Below, one piece after another: positions 40,262 through 51,900 of a stretch of 64,000 bases of DNA. The translations under genes and the position numbers were made by a program. The DNA is taken from contig JAWMAR010000283.1 in assembly GCA_036785375.1 (NCBI GenBank), positions 310,001 to 374,000 of the forward strand. Direction: 5' to 3'. Under the pieces are notes generated by a model, which saw nothing but the letters and a program-made list of their open reading frames with translations, was not told the DNA's origin and did no database searches. Position 1 is the first letter of the stretch. Every line of letters starts with the position of its first letter. Source of the DNA: Leucoraja ocellata (taxonomy: Eukaryota).

Positions 40262-40815
40262 TGCAGAAACAAGGAACTGCAAATGCTGGTTTACAAAAAA
40301 GACACAATGTGCTGGAGTAACTCAGGATCAGTCTGGAGAACATGGATAGGTGATGTTTCAGGTTGGGACCCTTCGTCAGAGGGATAGATTATCTTTGTCC
40401 CAGCCACATAGGATATCATGCATTCCCTAATTTTAGGTAACAGTCCTCCAAAGAACCGTCCTCCCTCCCCCCTCCCTATTTACCCCCCTCTTTCCTGTAC
40501 TCCACCTAGATTCACATCTATTTCTACTCCCCCTCCTCCAATCCCCTTCCATCTATATTCTTTTGTCTGGCTTCACAATTGTGTCTCTTCTATCCTTACT
40601 CGCGCTTTTTGTCTTTTCATCGCTGGTCTTCGTTCATCCATCTGCCTATCTAAACCAGTATTCACCCTTGCCAGACTTTTTCCTGTCCCCTCTTTTCTTT
40701 CAGCTTTCTCCTCCTCACACCAATCAGTCTGAAGAAGGGCCCTGACCCAAAACGTCACCTGTCCATGATCTGCAGAGATGCCGCCCGTCCCACTGAGTTA
40801 CTGCAGCACTTTTTT
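40262..40815. mobile_element. Penelope-derived element with inverted terminal copies
   Basis: Minus copy about 40262-40380, plus copy ending ctgaagaagggccctgacccaaaacgtc...gagttactgcagcac. Confidence 0.78.
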
Positions 40816-40887
40816 TTAAATCATTAATGACTGTGTTACTTGAATTTTAGCACAGAGTACAAAATATACATCTTTTAGCATCAGTGG

Positions 40888-41180
40888 ATGGGTGGCACAG
40901 TGGCGCATCGGTAGTTGCTGCCGTATAGCACCAAACACCCGGGGTTGATCTTGGCTACTGCTGCTGTCTGTACGGAGTTTGTCCATTCTCCCCGTGACCG
41001 CATGGGTTTTCTCTGGATTCTCCCACATTCCAAAGATGTACAGGTTTGTAGGTTAATTAGCTTAGTTAAATAGTAAATTGTCCCTAGTGTGTCAGATAGT
41101 GCTAGTGTATGGGGTAATCACTGGTCGGTGTGGACTCGGTGGGTCGAAGGGCCTGTTTTTGCTCTAAACCTCTAAAGTCT
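40888..41180 (+). mobile_element. HE1-like SINE
   Basis: Head, body and tail. Confidence 0.88.
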
Positions 41181-41667
41181 AATGGCTGTGTTACTTGAAT
41201 CTTAGCCCAGAGTTCAAAATATACACCATTTAGTGTCAGTTTGGGCTCAGTTTGGAAAGAATGTGAGGAGGTAACCTTCTATTGATAACAGTTTGCTCAG
41301 TCTGTTCAGGTGGTATTATCTATAATGATACGATGCATGCTGAATAAATCAAAGGGCTGTGATAATGCTTTGGTATCACAAGTTACACCAGAGCTATTTG
41401 GTGTCACTGAATATTAAAGAGACAGGTTTAATCTCCTTGTTTCTCTGAGCCCAATACCCGGAACTAAAGTCACCAATGGCCAAGGAGCAGATTGTGCTCC
41501 CTTTCTACTCACTTGGGGCCATTTCCTAGTTAATTGCAAAGGTGATTCCGGGGAAAGGAATATCGGGTCTTAAAACAAGGGCATCAGTTGTAAAACAAAA
41601 GGGAGAGATAACTGCTTCCATTTTATATAGAGTTATTTTTGATTTTTTTTCAACAAGAGGTTAGTGA

Positions 41668-42155
41668 AACATGCAGAAATAAGGAACTGCAGATGCTGGT
41701 TCACACCAAAGGAACACAAAGTGTTGGAGTAACTCAGCAGGTCGGGCAGCTTCTATGGAGAACATGGATATGTGACATTTCAGATTGGGACCCTTATTCA
41801 GACTGCTGGAACATGCAGTGCAGTAGCATTCTGACTGGTTACACTATGATAGAGTTGCACCCTTCTCTGTCCGTGTATTTCTGCAATTCTTGCCTTCTTC
41901 AGAAGTATGTAATTCTCCTCGGAAAGTCAACATTGGATCCGCTTCAATTGGATCTGATCCATCTCAATACTCCTCCCCACCTCACTCCCCCCCCTTCCCA
42001 CTTCCTATCACCCCCTTGTTCAGAGGACACTGGTGCACCTGCCCAGTGTGGTTCAGTTCCTTTTCTCCAGAGATGCTGCCTGACCCACTGAGTTATTCTA
42101 GCTTTTTGTGTCTATCGTCGGTGTAAACCAGCATCTGCAGTTCCTTCCTTCACTC
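41668..42155. mobile_element. Penelope-derived inverted terminal copies
   Basis: aaggaactgcagatgctggttt at about 41680 and aaaccagcatctgcagttcctt at about 42125. Confidence 0.75.
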
Positions 42156-42209
42156 AAGTCAAGTCAAGTTCAAGTCAAGTTTATTTGTCACATACACATA
42201 CGAGATGTG

Positions 42210-42391
42210 CAGTGGTTCTTAACCTTTTTGGCACCAGTACGCACATACGTGAACAAAATACTGGTATGTGGTATGTACCTTTGTTAGGTTCCTAAACATT
42301 GGCTCAACAAATTTGTGTCCTCTTCATGACCTCCGGCAAAGCCCCAAACGACCCCGATAGGGGGTGCCGACCCCTAGGTTAAGAACCACTG
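42210..42391. mobile_element. hAT (Charlie-like) MITE
   Basis: Perfect 16-bp TIRs CAGTGGTTCTTAACCT / AGGTTAAGAACCACTG; no 8-bp TSD visible. Confidence 0.8.
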
Positions 42392-43009
42392 CGAGACCTT
42401 CATGTTATATTGAACGTTGGCCAAGTCTGTCTCTCTGCTACCTCCTCAGTCCGTCACTACAGGTCCTTCTGAGCTTATGATCCCCCAAGTATAGCCCTCA
42501 CGTACGGACAAGCTTTTGGGAGACCGGCGGCTTGGATTTGCCAGTTGCCGAGGGGTTGCTATGTGGAAATGCGAATCGCGGCCATCTTTCCGACCTGTGA
42601 ACTGTCCGGATTACGAACATTTCACAGCAAGGGAATGCTGCTGTAACTTGGGCACGGTCGGCATTTGCAATTTTTTGCAGCATCTTTGCTGGCGGTCAAG
42701 GGTTGAGAGGACTAAACTAGGCTCTGCTGTTGCTGGTCCGTGACTGGTCAAAATGTAGTGGATCGGTCCATTCTTCCACTTTTTCTGCCCACATGGATGA
42801 ACATACCCTGCTTTTGCCAAATGCTCCATCTACTGGCCTCATCGTGAACGAGCAACCACTTCAACCTTGTTTAAAGGCAGCTTTCAGACTTGGAACTTTT
42901 GATTGGGAGTCTAACAACCGCCAACAATTCAATTCCACCCAGCCAAAAATAAAACAAATGCCTTGTTTAAGAGTTTTCATTTGAAAATTCCTGTCGCAAA
43001 ACCTCCCAT

Positions 43010-43302
43010 AAATTGAGGGACATTTTTTCCCCCCAGCTGTTTTCAGGCAACTGAACCATCCTACCAACAACTAGAGAGCAGTCCTGAGCTACTATCTACC
43101 TCATTCGAGACCCTCCAACTATCTTTGATCGGACTTTACTGTACTTTATCTTGCACTAAACTTTATTCCTTTTATAATGTACCTGTACACTGTGGATGGC
43201 TCAGTTGTAATCATGTATAGTCTCTCCACTGACTGGTTAGCATGCAACAAAAGCTTTTCGCTGTACCTCGGCATACGTGACAGTAAATTAAACTCAAACT
43301 CA
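43010..43302 (+). mobile_element. Rex1/Babar-like LINE 3' end
   Basis: Homologous to 18062 copy. Confidence 0.8.
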
Positions 43303-45273
43303 AAAGTCTTCCTCATGTCCAGAGTGAGGGCTTGTTTGGATCCATCTGTTTCTTTGCACATGATCTCCATTTAGATGTGCCTTCAAAGTCCATCGGTTGA
43401 AGTCAAAAAAATATTTGCAGATATCCGGGGTTGCTCACAAACTTAATATTGCTTTGTTCTTTACCGCCATTCAGTTTGATGGCAAGTGTGAACATGAGGT
43501 AAATTGAATTCGTTTGGATCTGGTAATCGTAACTGAAACACTCTCGTTCTGCACAGGGTCACTTTGTGCATTCTGACTGTCGAACAGATGTTTGTTTACT
43601 GATGATTTGATTTAATGATATCTGCGCTGCTTGTTAAAAGGACCCTCGCTATTTCCCTGAAGAACATCTCTTTCTTCAGTTGCTTAGCTAGTTTTAATGC
43701 CTGAAGCAGCTTTTCAACTGGAGCTTAGGCAAGACAAGTAATTGTGTTGGGTGACATTTTTTGACAACAAGATAAAATGCAAATCTATAGAGGATTCTTC
43801 TCTTCAATAATCGGTATATAGATAGAAAATATTTTATAATGCACTTGCTAAAACATTGGCAAGATTATTACAATTCAGTTAGAAGGTCCATTCTGAAATA
43901 AGAATGTTTACTTTAGAATAATAAGCTATTTGTCTATGACTATTTTGCATCAAAAATCAGTCATGGAATCATGTTTTTTTGGGCTCCTGGTTCATTCTTG
44001 TTTTTTACTCCCCATCCCCCAATTCCACAGCCATGAGACATTTGTTACATGCCATTCGCATGAGTTGTGTTTCTTGCACTAAGTTGGACATAAAAGACAG
44101 TGGAGCAGTTTGGCTTCATTTCAAATGCAAACATTTGGCCCCTGCATAGAGTTTGCGAACATTTTAGATAGTAAGAAATACGAGGGTTTTTTTTTCGAGA
44201 GGTGGAGTGAGTGCAGTTTCTGCTGGGAGGCGGGACTGCTAAATTAAAACCAGACCTGCAATGATTAATTTCAAATAGCTTTTATGAAACGATTTTTATC
44301 TGGCTTTTTTTGTAAAGAACAAGAATGTGGTAATTTTCTGGTAACAGTGACAGAGCGTCAAGCTGTATCATGATTTGTCAAATCAGAAACAAAATCCAAG
44401 GTTGTCACAATTTTTTCATAACTGCGGCACTTTGATGGTGCGCTGGATGCACAATGGTTGTTAAACGTTTAAAAATATATATAACAGTCTGCAACTGTAG
44501 GTTGTCTAGAAGAGGATTAATTTTAAAGCCGTTAATGGAAGTGCATGGTGCCCCATCTCCATTTCGGATACGTTTCCACCTTTTTATTCCCCAGAATGAC
44601 AAAATATATAAGCGTAGATGTATCTTTCAGTATAAAATCAAAAGTGTATGTTTGGACTTGTGGAAAAAAGTTGTCTGTTTTTCTGAGCACATGTCTTTTA
44701 GTACCCCCCCTCGTTCTGATGGGCATTTGCTTTTTTTTTGTGCCCTGGGTGTGGAAATCTCAGTTGAAAAGGTCAGCGTTGCCAGTCACTAACCTCCAAA
44801 TGACCCCTTGACTTTACAGTCTAAAACTGCAGGGGCTGCGAATAAGCAGGAGCCTTTCTGTACCAGCACTTATTTGCTGCTGTGGTGATAAAACTTCAGA
44901 CAACCTAATTGATGGGCTTGCTGACATAACAATACCTTGTGAAAGCAGAGAGTGGCAAAGCCTGGTCTTCATTTATGGACAGCTGGAAGGGGTGTTACAA
45001 CCACTCTCGGAAGAAAGCAACCGGGTTGAAGCAATGAACTTTTACCATGTTTGTGCCTCTTTGCCCCGACAGACATTCCATCTCAGGCAACTAAATATAT
45101 TAAAATGGTTGACCGTAAGAGGACTTTAAATCAAGAGATGACACGACGGACAGCTGATTTTATTTCTGTGCCTTCAACAAATCAAAATGAGTGGGATGGG
45201 GGTGGGGGGAGAAAGCAACTCTGTTTTTGTTTAATTGAGAAGTAAAATCTACCCTTTTACTGTTTTCTTTTAG

Positions 45274-45332
45274 GTTCATTAATGCCAGGAGAAGAATAGT
45301 ACAACCTATGATCGACCAGTCCAATCGAGCAG
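45274..45332 (+). CDS. meis2: Meis2 exon 10 (end of homeodomain helix 3)
   Basis: Acceptor ttttag|G completes the Trp codon from exon 9; encodes FINARRRIVQPMIDQSNRA; 59 nt; donor is AG|gcaagt (GC-AG intron). Confidence 0.96.
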
Positions 45333-45911
45333 GCAAGTCTCAAGTAGTAACTGTATTCAAGTCCTGCAGGCACAAATCTTCATCAAGTTATTCATCAGGA
45401 GTTCCTTCACCTGGTAAATAATCCCGGCAGGCAGGCAGGCAGGCAGGCCACCATCTGGGAGAGCTAACTATCCAGAATTCTGGTGCAGGGAGAAACCTCA
45501 CTAACCGATGCCAACTGGAATTCCCCACCCTCACTTTCCCAAGGCTGCTTTTATCTCTGGTTAATAAGGGTAATTGGGCAAATATCTTCGCACCACAAAT
45601 AACTTACTGAGTGGGTGCCGTTACAGCAGAAATCACTGGTTGTCTTTCTGCCACTGATGCCTTTCTTAACTGCTCACAACTCCTAGGTAAACACACTGTT
45701 ATTATGCCCTGGCTTCTGTGTTGTTTTACTGTTAATAATAACGGTGGGTCCCTTAAAATAATTACTGTTAAAGTCCTCTGAAACATATTGCTCCAGTTAG
45801 TAATTCTAAAGTAAAAAGTAAGCTTGAGTATTGCATAGTGTTCCCTATCATACATTTTATTGCTCTATTGCCACATTTGATGCATGGCAGAAAACATAGC
45901 CCCTAACTGAG

Positions 45912-46225
45912 GCGTCACTGAGGCTCAGCGGTAGAGTTGCTGCCTTACAGCACCAGAAGCATGGGTTCGATTCTGTCAACGGGTACTGTCTGTACGTAGC
46001 TTGTACGTTTTCCCAGTGACCTGCATGGGTTTTCTCCGGGTTCTCTGGTTTCCCCCCACACTCCATAGACGTACTGGTTTGTAGGTTAATTGGCTTCAGT
46101 AAAATTGTAAATTGTCCCTAGTGTGCATAGGATAATGTTAGCGTGCGGGGATCGCTGGACAGCATGGACTTGGAGGGCCGAAGAGCCTGTTTCCATGCTG
46201 TATCTCTAAACTAAACTAAACTAAA
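45912..46225 (+). mobile_element. HE1-like SINE in intron 10
   Basis: Head with ggttcgatt, body, (ctaaa)4 tail. Confidence 0.88.
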
Positions 46226-47737
46226 TAACCACCTAAATAACCTGGGTAAAATTATGTTCTTTTTAGATTCTGTTAATCCCATGATAAAAAATGTTTAATT
46301 TCAGTCTGGGACAGTTTTGCTCTAATTTGGCTTATACACAAAATTGAATCTACAAGCATGTTGTGCCGACCATGGAGTTGTATGCTTCTGTGTTGGTTTG
46401 CCAGAAGCTTTATTGAAGCCTTTTATTGTCACTCACACTGCTTTGATTTGATGTTGATTTGCACCCGCTGCTTTACTTCAATATGTAAAGTGCTTTTTAT
46501 TTCTGTGAATTGTGTACAACTTGTCAAACGTGCTTCTTGGGGATCAGGAATGATACCGTGGTGTGCACAGAGTAGTTTGGGCAAGAGCTAACGTCTGGAT
46601 TTTTGTGACAGCCAGAGAGAAATTTGGTTTGATTTGTCAGGGTATTGTCAGTGCTGCATAACAAAACTCAGTCAATCCTAGCTAGCGCGAGGAACATTTC
46701 CTCTCTCACTCTGCTGAAGGCACTGACTAACTGGGATTTGGGTCTACAGGTGCCTTCTGAGTACCTTGCCCGAGTTCATGTCTTCATGCGTGGGAGAGGC
46801 ATAGCTGCCAAAACCCAATGCTTTCATTTCCCCAAATCATTACTTACATACAATCAAGAACAGCATATTGGAAAGAAACTGAGACTGGTAGGCTTGGCTG
46901 TTTTCTTTTTCATTTTTCTCCCCTATTCTCAAGCTCTGGAAAATATTTTTAGTGTCACCTTCCTTGCCTAAATTGAGAGAAGTCACCTCAAGCTACAGCT
47001 TTAAAGCTTAAAACGAAAACCCATGAAGATATAGAGGTACAGATAGGGAGTTGCCACAAGCATAGCGGGCTGAATGGCCTTCCCTTTCGCTGTGAAATTC
47101 CCTGATCCCATCAATCTGATCTATAAATGTCAGACCCACACTGCAGCATGCATTTAATAAATTAAGGACTTAAGGAACTGCCTGTGTAATTTATTTTTAA
47201 TCATCATAAATTGCATGCCGTTCATAACACTATTCTTAGTTTTATGTAATTTGATAGTATTGATTGAATGAATCCATTAAATGTTTGGCTGGGTGTCTTC
47301 ATGCTTAGAGTGCAATTAGAGAAGGTGTAGCCAATAGTCACAGTTAATTATCATGGGACAATCAGGGCACAATACCCGACTAAGTAATCTTTAATTTAAG
47401 TGACATTGGCTGCACAAGCAGCGGAATACCTCATTCTTGGACAAAATAAGTTTTCAGACCTTCTAGGCACTGAGAGAGGAATTGTACTTTGGAGCACTCC
47501 ATTGTTTCTGCTTTTGCGATATAAAGTTGCACGCACCTTTGATATGTTTTGTTGCGGCTGGGAATGTTTAAATCTGGGGGTCGTTGGGTTGGTGGACGAT
47601 GGCTTGATTTATTTCTTAAAATTGCGTGTATATGTGTTTTGTTCAACAACATACTGTGTCTGCTGTTTCAGGAGTAACTGCTGATTGTTTGGTATGTCTT
47701 TTCTTTCTCCTCTGTGTCCGCGTTTGACTACAATCAG

Positions 47738-47848
47738 GTTTTCTTCTTGATCCTTCAGTAAGCCAAGGAGCGGCGTACAGTCCAGAAGGCCAACCAATGG
47801 GAAGCTTTGTATTGGATGGCCAGCAACATATGGGAATTCGGCCCGCTG
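47738..47848 (+). CDS. meis2: Meis2 exon 11 with alternative acceptors at 47738 and 47759
   Basis: caatcag|GT gives [37 protein letters not shown]; a second acceptor ccttcag|TA 21 nt downstream removes GFLLDPS; donor G|gtaagc. GFLLDPS and GAAYSPEG distinguish Meis2 from Meis1/3. Confidence 0.96.
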
Positions 47849-48116
47849 GTAAGCTGAGTGCATTTGGCCCACACCCTAAGTGTAGCGTCATCACCTCCCC
47901 TCCCCCTCCCATCCACATGTCCTCTCATGCCCTATCATCACAGGGGGTTCCTCCTTGCCTGCTGCCTGCCTTGCCTGTCTTCTTTGCACCCATGGGGAAA
48001 CAAATCTTGCAGACAAGAGATTTGTGAGGAATTTGTCCACCCCACGGATCCTAAAATACAAAAAAAAAATTTTTTTTTAAGGGTCTCTTTCACTATCTAA
48101 TAGTCGACCTTGCTGA

Positions 48117-48212
<96 letters not shown>

Positions 48213-48770
48213 CCTTCATCTAGTTTACCAATCGCAAAGCACCGGGGAAGTAAGTACGACCGGGCTGTTTATTCTATCTATTACTGTAGTTACATTTTTT
48301 TTAAATTCCCACCCACCCATTCCTCCAATTTTTTTTTTGCCTTGCCCGTACTTGCATGCTGCTCCAACAAAGGCCCAGTGCAATAGTTTGCCCCATGAAC
48401 ATTCAACCCTATCCCGCAAACTGCAGAAGGTCAACTAGCTCATTTACCATACACAGTGCAAATGAGGTCTGCAAAGCCATTTGTTTTAATTATGGAGCAC
48501 AGCGAATAAAAACGCGAGCAGTGAATGAACAATCGGGACGTTTAAGGGAAAAGAAACATCTTCGGGGCACCCAATTGACTTAAGAGAAATTAACCAGGCT
48601 TCATGAAACGATGAAAGCAAGAAGTGAGACTGTCCTTTGAGTGACATAAATCTGTCAGGAAACGATCGATGCATGAATTATCTTATGTAAAGATGAAATG
48701 TTGCGGTTTGCAATCTATAGTCTGGATGTATGTATGGCACTGGTAACACAACACATTCCTCATTGAGGTT

Positions 48771-48794
48771 CCCCCCCCCCCCCCCCCCCCCCCC
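48771..48794. repeat. Poly-C tract in intron 12 (another at about 53529-53547)
   Basis: Direct reading. Confidence 0.9.
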
Positions 48795-50517
48795 GTTTAG
48801 GCATATCCATCACCTCCTGTGTGAGATATATATAAAAAAAGAGTCAGGAAACTGTATAAAGAAGCAGTGGCAGATATTAAGAGATGACTGCAAGTGAAGG
48901 AATGGAATTGCCAGCGGAGCTGATTGGCTACCGTCTAAATAATCCATCAGATGGAGTGTGTCCAATGCATGTGATGTTTGAGGGATTCGGATACAGCAAA
49001 CACCAATACATCACATCGTTGAGGCATCCGACCATAAGGTTTATTTAATAACTGAAACTCCTTGCACACACTGAGCCGAATGCTTACATTTAAAAAGAGT
49101 GGCAGATTATTTTGTTATTAAATCGCCTTCAATCATTTTGTATTGTAAGTTGTATATTCTACTGTCAATAAAATGACTTTCCTTGCAGTCACCTAACAGG
49201 ATTGTTTCAGGTTATATAAAATACGATCTTATAGTTTCACGTATGATCTTTGCGGGGGTTACCACGATGCACCAGCTACAGTCAGTTTCCTTCCTTCTTC
49301 TTACAGTATTTCTATAATGCAGTCAAAATGGAACGTTGAAAACAACGTTCCCTAAAACAGTATTTGAAACAGCATTTTCTCAGCTTGGGTAATTCTTAAT
49401 GTAGGCCATATAATTTCTGGCCTATTTAATTACATAACATATTTTATGCTTCATAACCAATTACATTAATGGCTTAATACTAACAATATTATCCTCCCTT
49501 TATTTGATTATGCAGCCAGACAATATGGTATATTTGGTACTTAATTATCATCAACCAGTGAGCATGCTGCTGTGCTGGAATAAACAGGACTGAGTGGGAC
49601 TTATTACACGGTGCAGACTGTATTATTGTCTCAGTATGGTTATGCCAGCATGGTTACTAATAATCTGCAGAATCACTTAACACAATGGCAACCATTTATA
49701 GGACTTCAGTTTACCAGTTTATGGTATAAACACCATCTGCATGCAATTCTATTGGCAAATTCAAGTGGATGAATAGAGGTAAAGTTGATATCCTGTGGTT
49801 CAGACATTATATTGATAGCCATTTTATATTAAAATTAATTCTAGCAAGATGAACGGACACTATGATCTGATTGACATTTACTGACAGATCGTTCTCACTT
49901 ATGCCCACATCCCACGCTCTCAGGTTTGACCCTCTCCCCAACTTCCTTGGCGCTGCAAAGCTAGATCTGTAGCGGCAGTCTGATCATAATACACAACTCC
50001 ACCTGAAACATTTCAAATAACGCAATGAAATAATTTCACCGAATTTCCTAAAAAGACATTTTAAAAAACAATTAGGAGACATTGCATGTACGAAAAAGAG
50101 AGATCCCGTGCAAGAGATTTTCTTCACATTGATGCCTTCCTGACCACTTGCCGTGTTCCTTTTAATAACATCTTCTCTGGTTCTACTTAATTTTCACTTT
50201 TTCTATTGTTTCCTGTATTTTTTCTGCCCGAAACTTGATCCTCCATTCTTTCATGAACCTGTGACCCATGAGTAAAATTGAACACATGGTGATTAAATTA
50301 ATCATTTTGACTTGTCCAGTGTGATTTATTATTATAAAACACATGCGATTATGTAATACAGTGATACGTAATACATCAATATTACTGCAATCCAATGCGT
50401 ATAGAGATGATGTGTCGAGACATGTACAAATAACCAGTAATGAGACATAAGGATATGCTTTTGCAGAATTATTTCTTAATGTTAACACATTGTGTTTGTT
50501 TATTCTTGTCTTTTCAG

Positions 50518-50804
50518 GTTTACAAGGCATGCCAGGGGACTATGTATCTCAGGGTGGTCCTATGGGTATGAGTATGGCACAGCCAAGTTACACTCCTCCC
50601 CAGATGACCCCACACCCTGCCCAGTTAAGACATGGACCCCCAATGCATCCCTATCTCCCAAGTCACCCACATCACCCGGCCATGATGATGCATGGTGGAC
50701 CCCCACCTCACCCTGGAATGCCAATGTCAGCACAGAGCCCCACAATGTTAAATCCTGTAGACCCCAGTGTGGGGGGGCAAGTTATGGACATTCATGCCCA
50801 ATAG
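50518..50804 (+). CDS. meis2: Meis2 terminal exon 13 coding part (long C-terminus, used when exon 12 is skipped)
   Basis: Acceptor ttttcag|GT; encodes GLQGMPGDYVSQGGPMGMSMAQPSYTPPQMTPHP...GGQVMDIHAQ-stop, closely matching the mammalian MEIS2 C-terminus. Confidence 0.97.
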
Positions 50805-51900
50805 TATAAGGGAATAAAAAAAGAAAACCACAAATGTAAGACTTTAACCTTTCAACAGATGTTGACACTTAATGGAATTCCAGATGAGCTGTGATTTTGT
50901 TTTCTCTCAACGTCGACAGAGGACCAATGACAGGCCAAGGCTGACGTGAAGCCAAAGGCATTCTTCACCCGAACTTATCTCCGATGTAAAGTTCCTCTGG
51001 AAAAGACTGAAAGATTTATTACTACTGTAGCATAAATATAGGAACTAAGTTAAACTTGTACATTTCTGTTGATCACTCTATTTCTGTTGCTTCCAATAGT
51101 TTTTAGAAAGAAAGTTATCCTTTTTCCACACTATGTGTGTTGTTCCCAAAATGGTTGTCCTCGTACAGCAAATGGAGTCATGTTTCCGACCAGATTGCCC
51201 AAGTCCAGCCAAGCTGCCATAGAGGAAGAAGCTAAAGTGAAGATCCGTAAGAGATTTTTTGGATGCAGCACTAGGTGACAAGTTTTAAGAATGCACTCAT
51301 ATAACTGATTTTTACTGGATCAAATAAGGCCCGCTCAATCCAAATGAATGGCCTGTGTCTGATTATGTTCTGGACTGACTCTTCCTCAAAGAGCTTGTTC
51401 GATGAACCCCTGAAGATGAAGTAGCGGCTTCCTCCTATGGCTGTGGGTCACAGCATTGAGAAAATGTTGTCACACGAACTATTCAGAATGCTCTTGGGTG
51501 GAATTTTCTTAAATGAAATATCCTTTAGCTGGTCTTGCACCAAAAGAAAGACCTTTTTAAATGAACTCAAACTGCTTGGAACAAGCAAAGACAACAAAAA
51601 AAATACTGTAACATACTTGGTACAGAGAGTTCAGTATATTAATTGTTACATGTTAGATATCTATGTGTTTACCTCAATGAGAAATAACGAATGTTTTGCT
51701 AGTATCAAATCTGCTGTGGAATTGGTATTGTATGTCAATGAATTCCTTACTTTTATCAGCACGTGTCACTAGAAGAAAATGCTGTTACCCTTGCGAGCTT
51801 TGTCAGATGACATAAGTACTTGTATGAAGACTGTGACGTATGTTTAAAAGGTGTTCAGTCACAAATGCCGTAATAAATATTTCATTTTTAGATTTTTTTT
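50805..51900 (+). other. meis2: Meis2 3'UTR
   Basis: Repeat-free sequence from the TAG to an AATAAA followed by a U-rich tract; 3' end inferred. Confidence 0.75.
51872..51877 (+). promoter_or_regulatory. Probable polyadenylation signal of Meis2
   Basis: AATAAA in gccgtAATAAAtatttc, followed by T-rich and GT-rich downstream sequence. Confidence 0.7.

Noticed and set aside
47849-48027. Open frame continuing from exon 11 into intron 11 ([11 protein letters not shown]...)
   Set aside because: Strong canonical donor G|gtaagc and no recognisable homology; not supported without retention reads
50490-50517. MCLFILVFS leader of ORF 50490-50804, and overlapping ORF 50492-50809
   Set aside because: Leader is the polypyrimidine tract and acceptor; the second ORF is a shadow frame of the real exon
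50813-50818. AATAAA just after the stop codon
   Set aside because: Part of an A-rich run with no clear downstream GU-rich element; 51872 is the better signal
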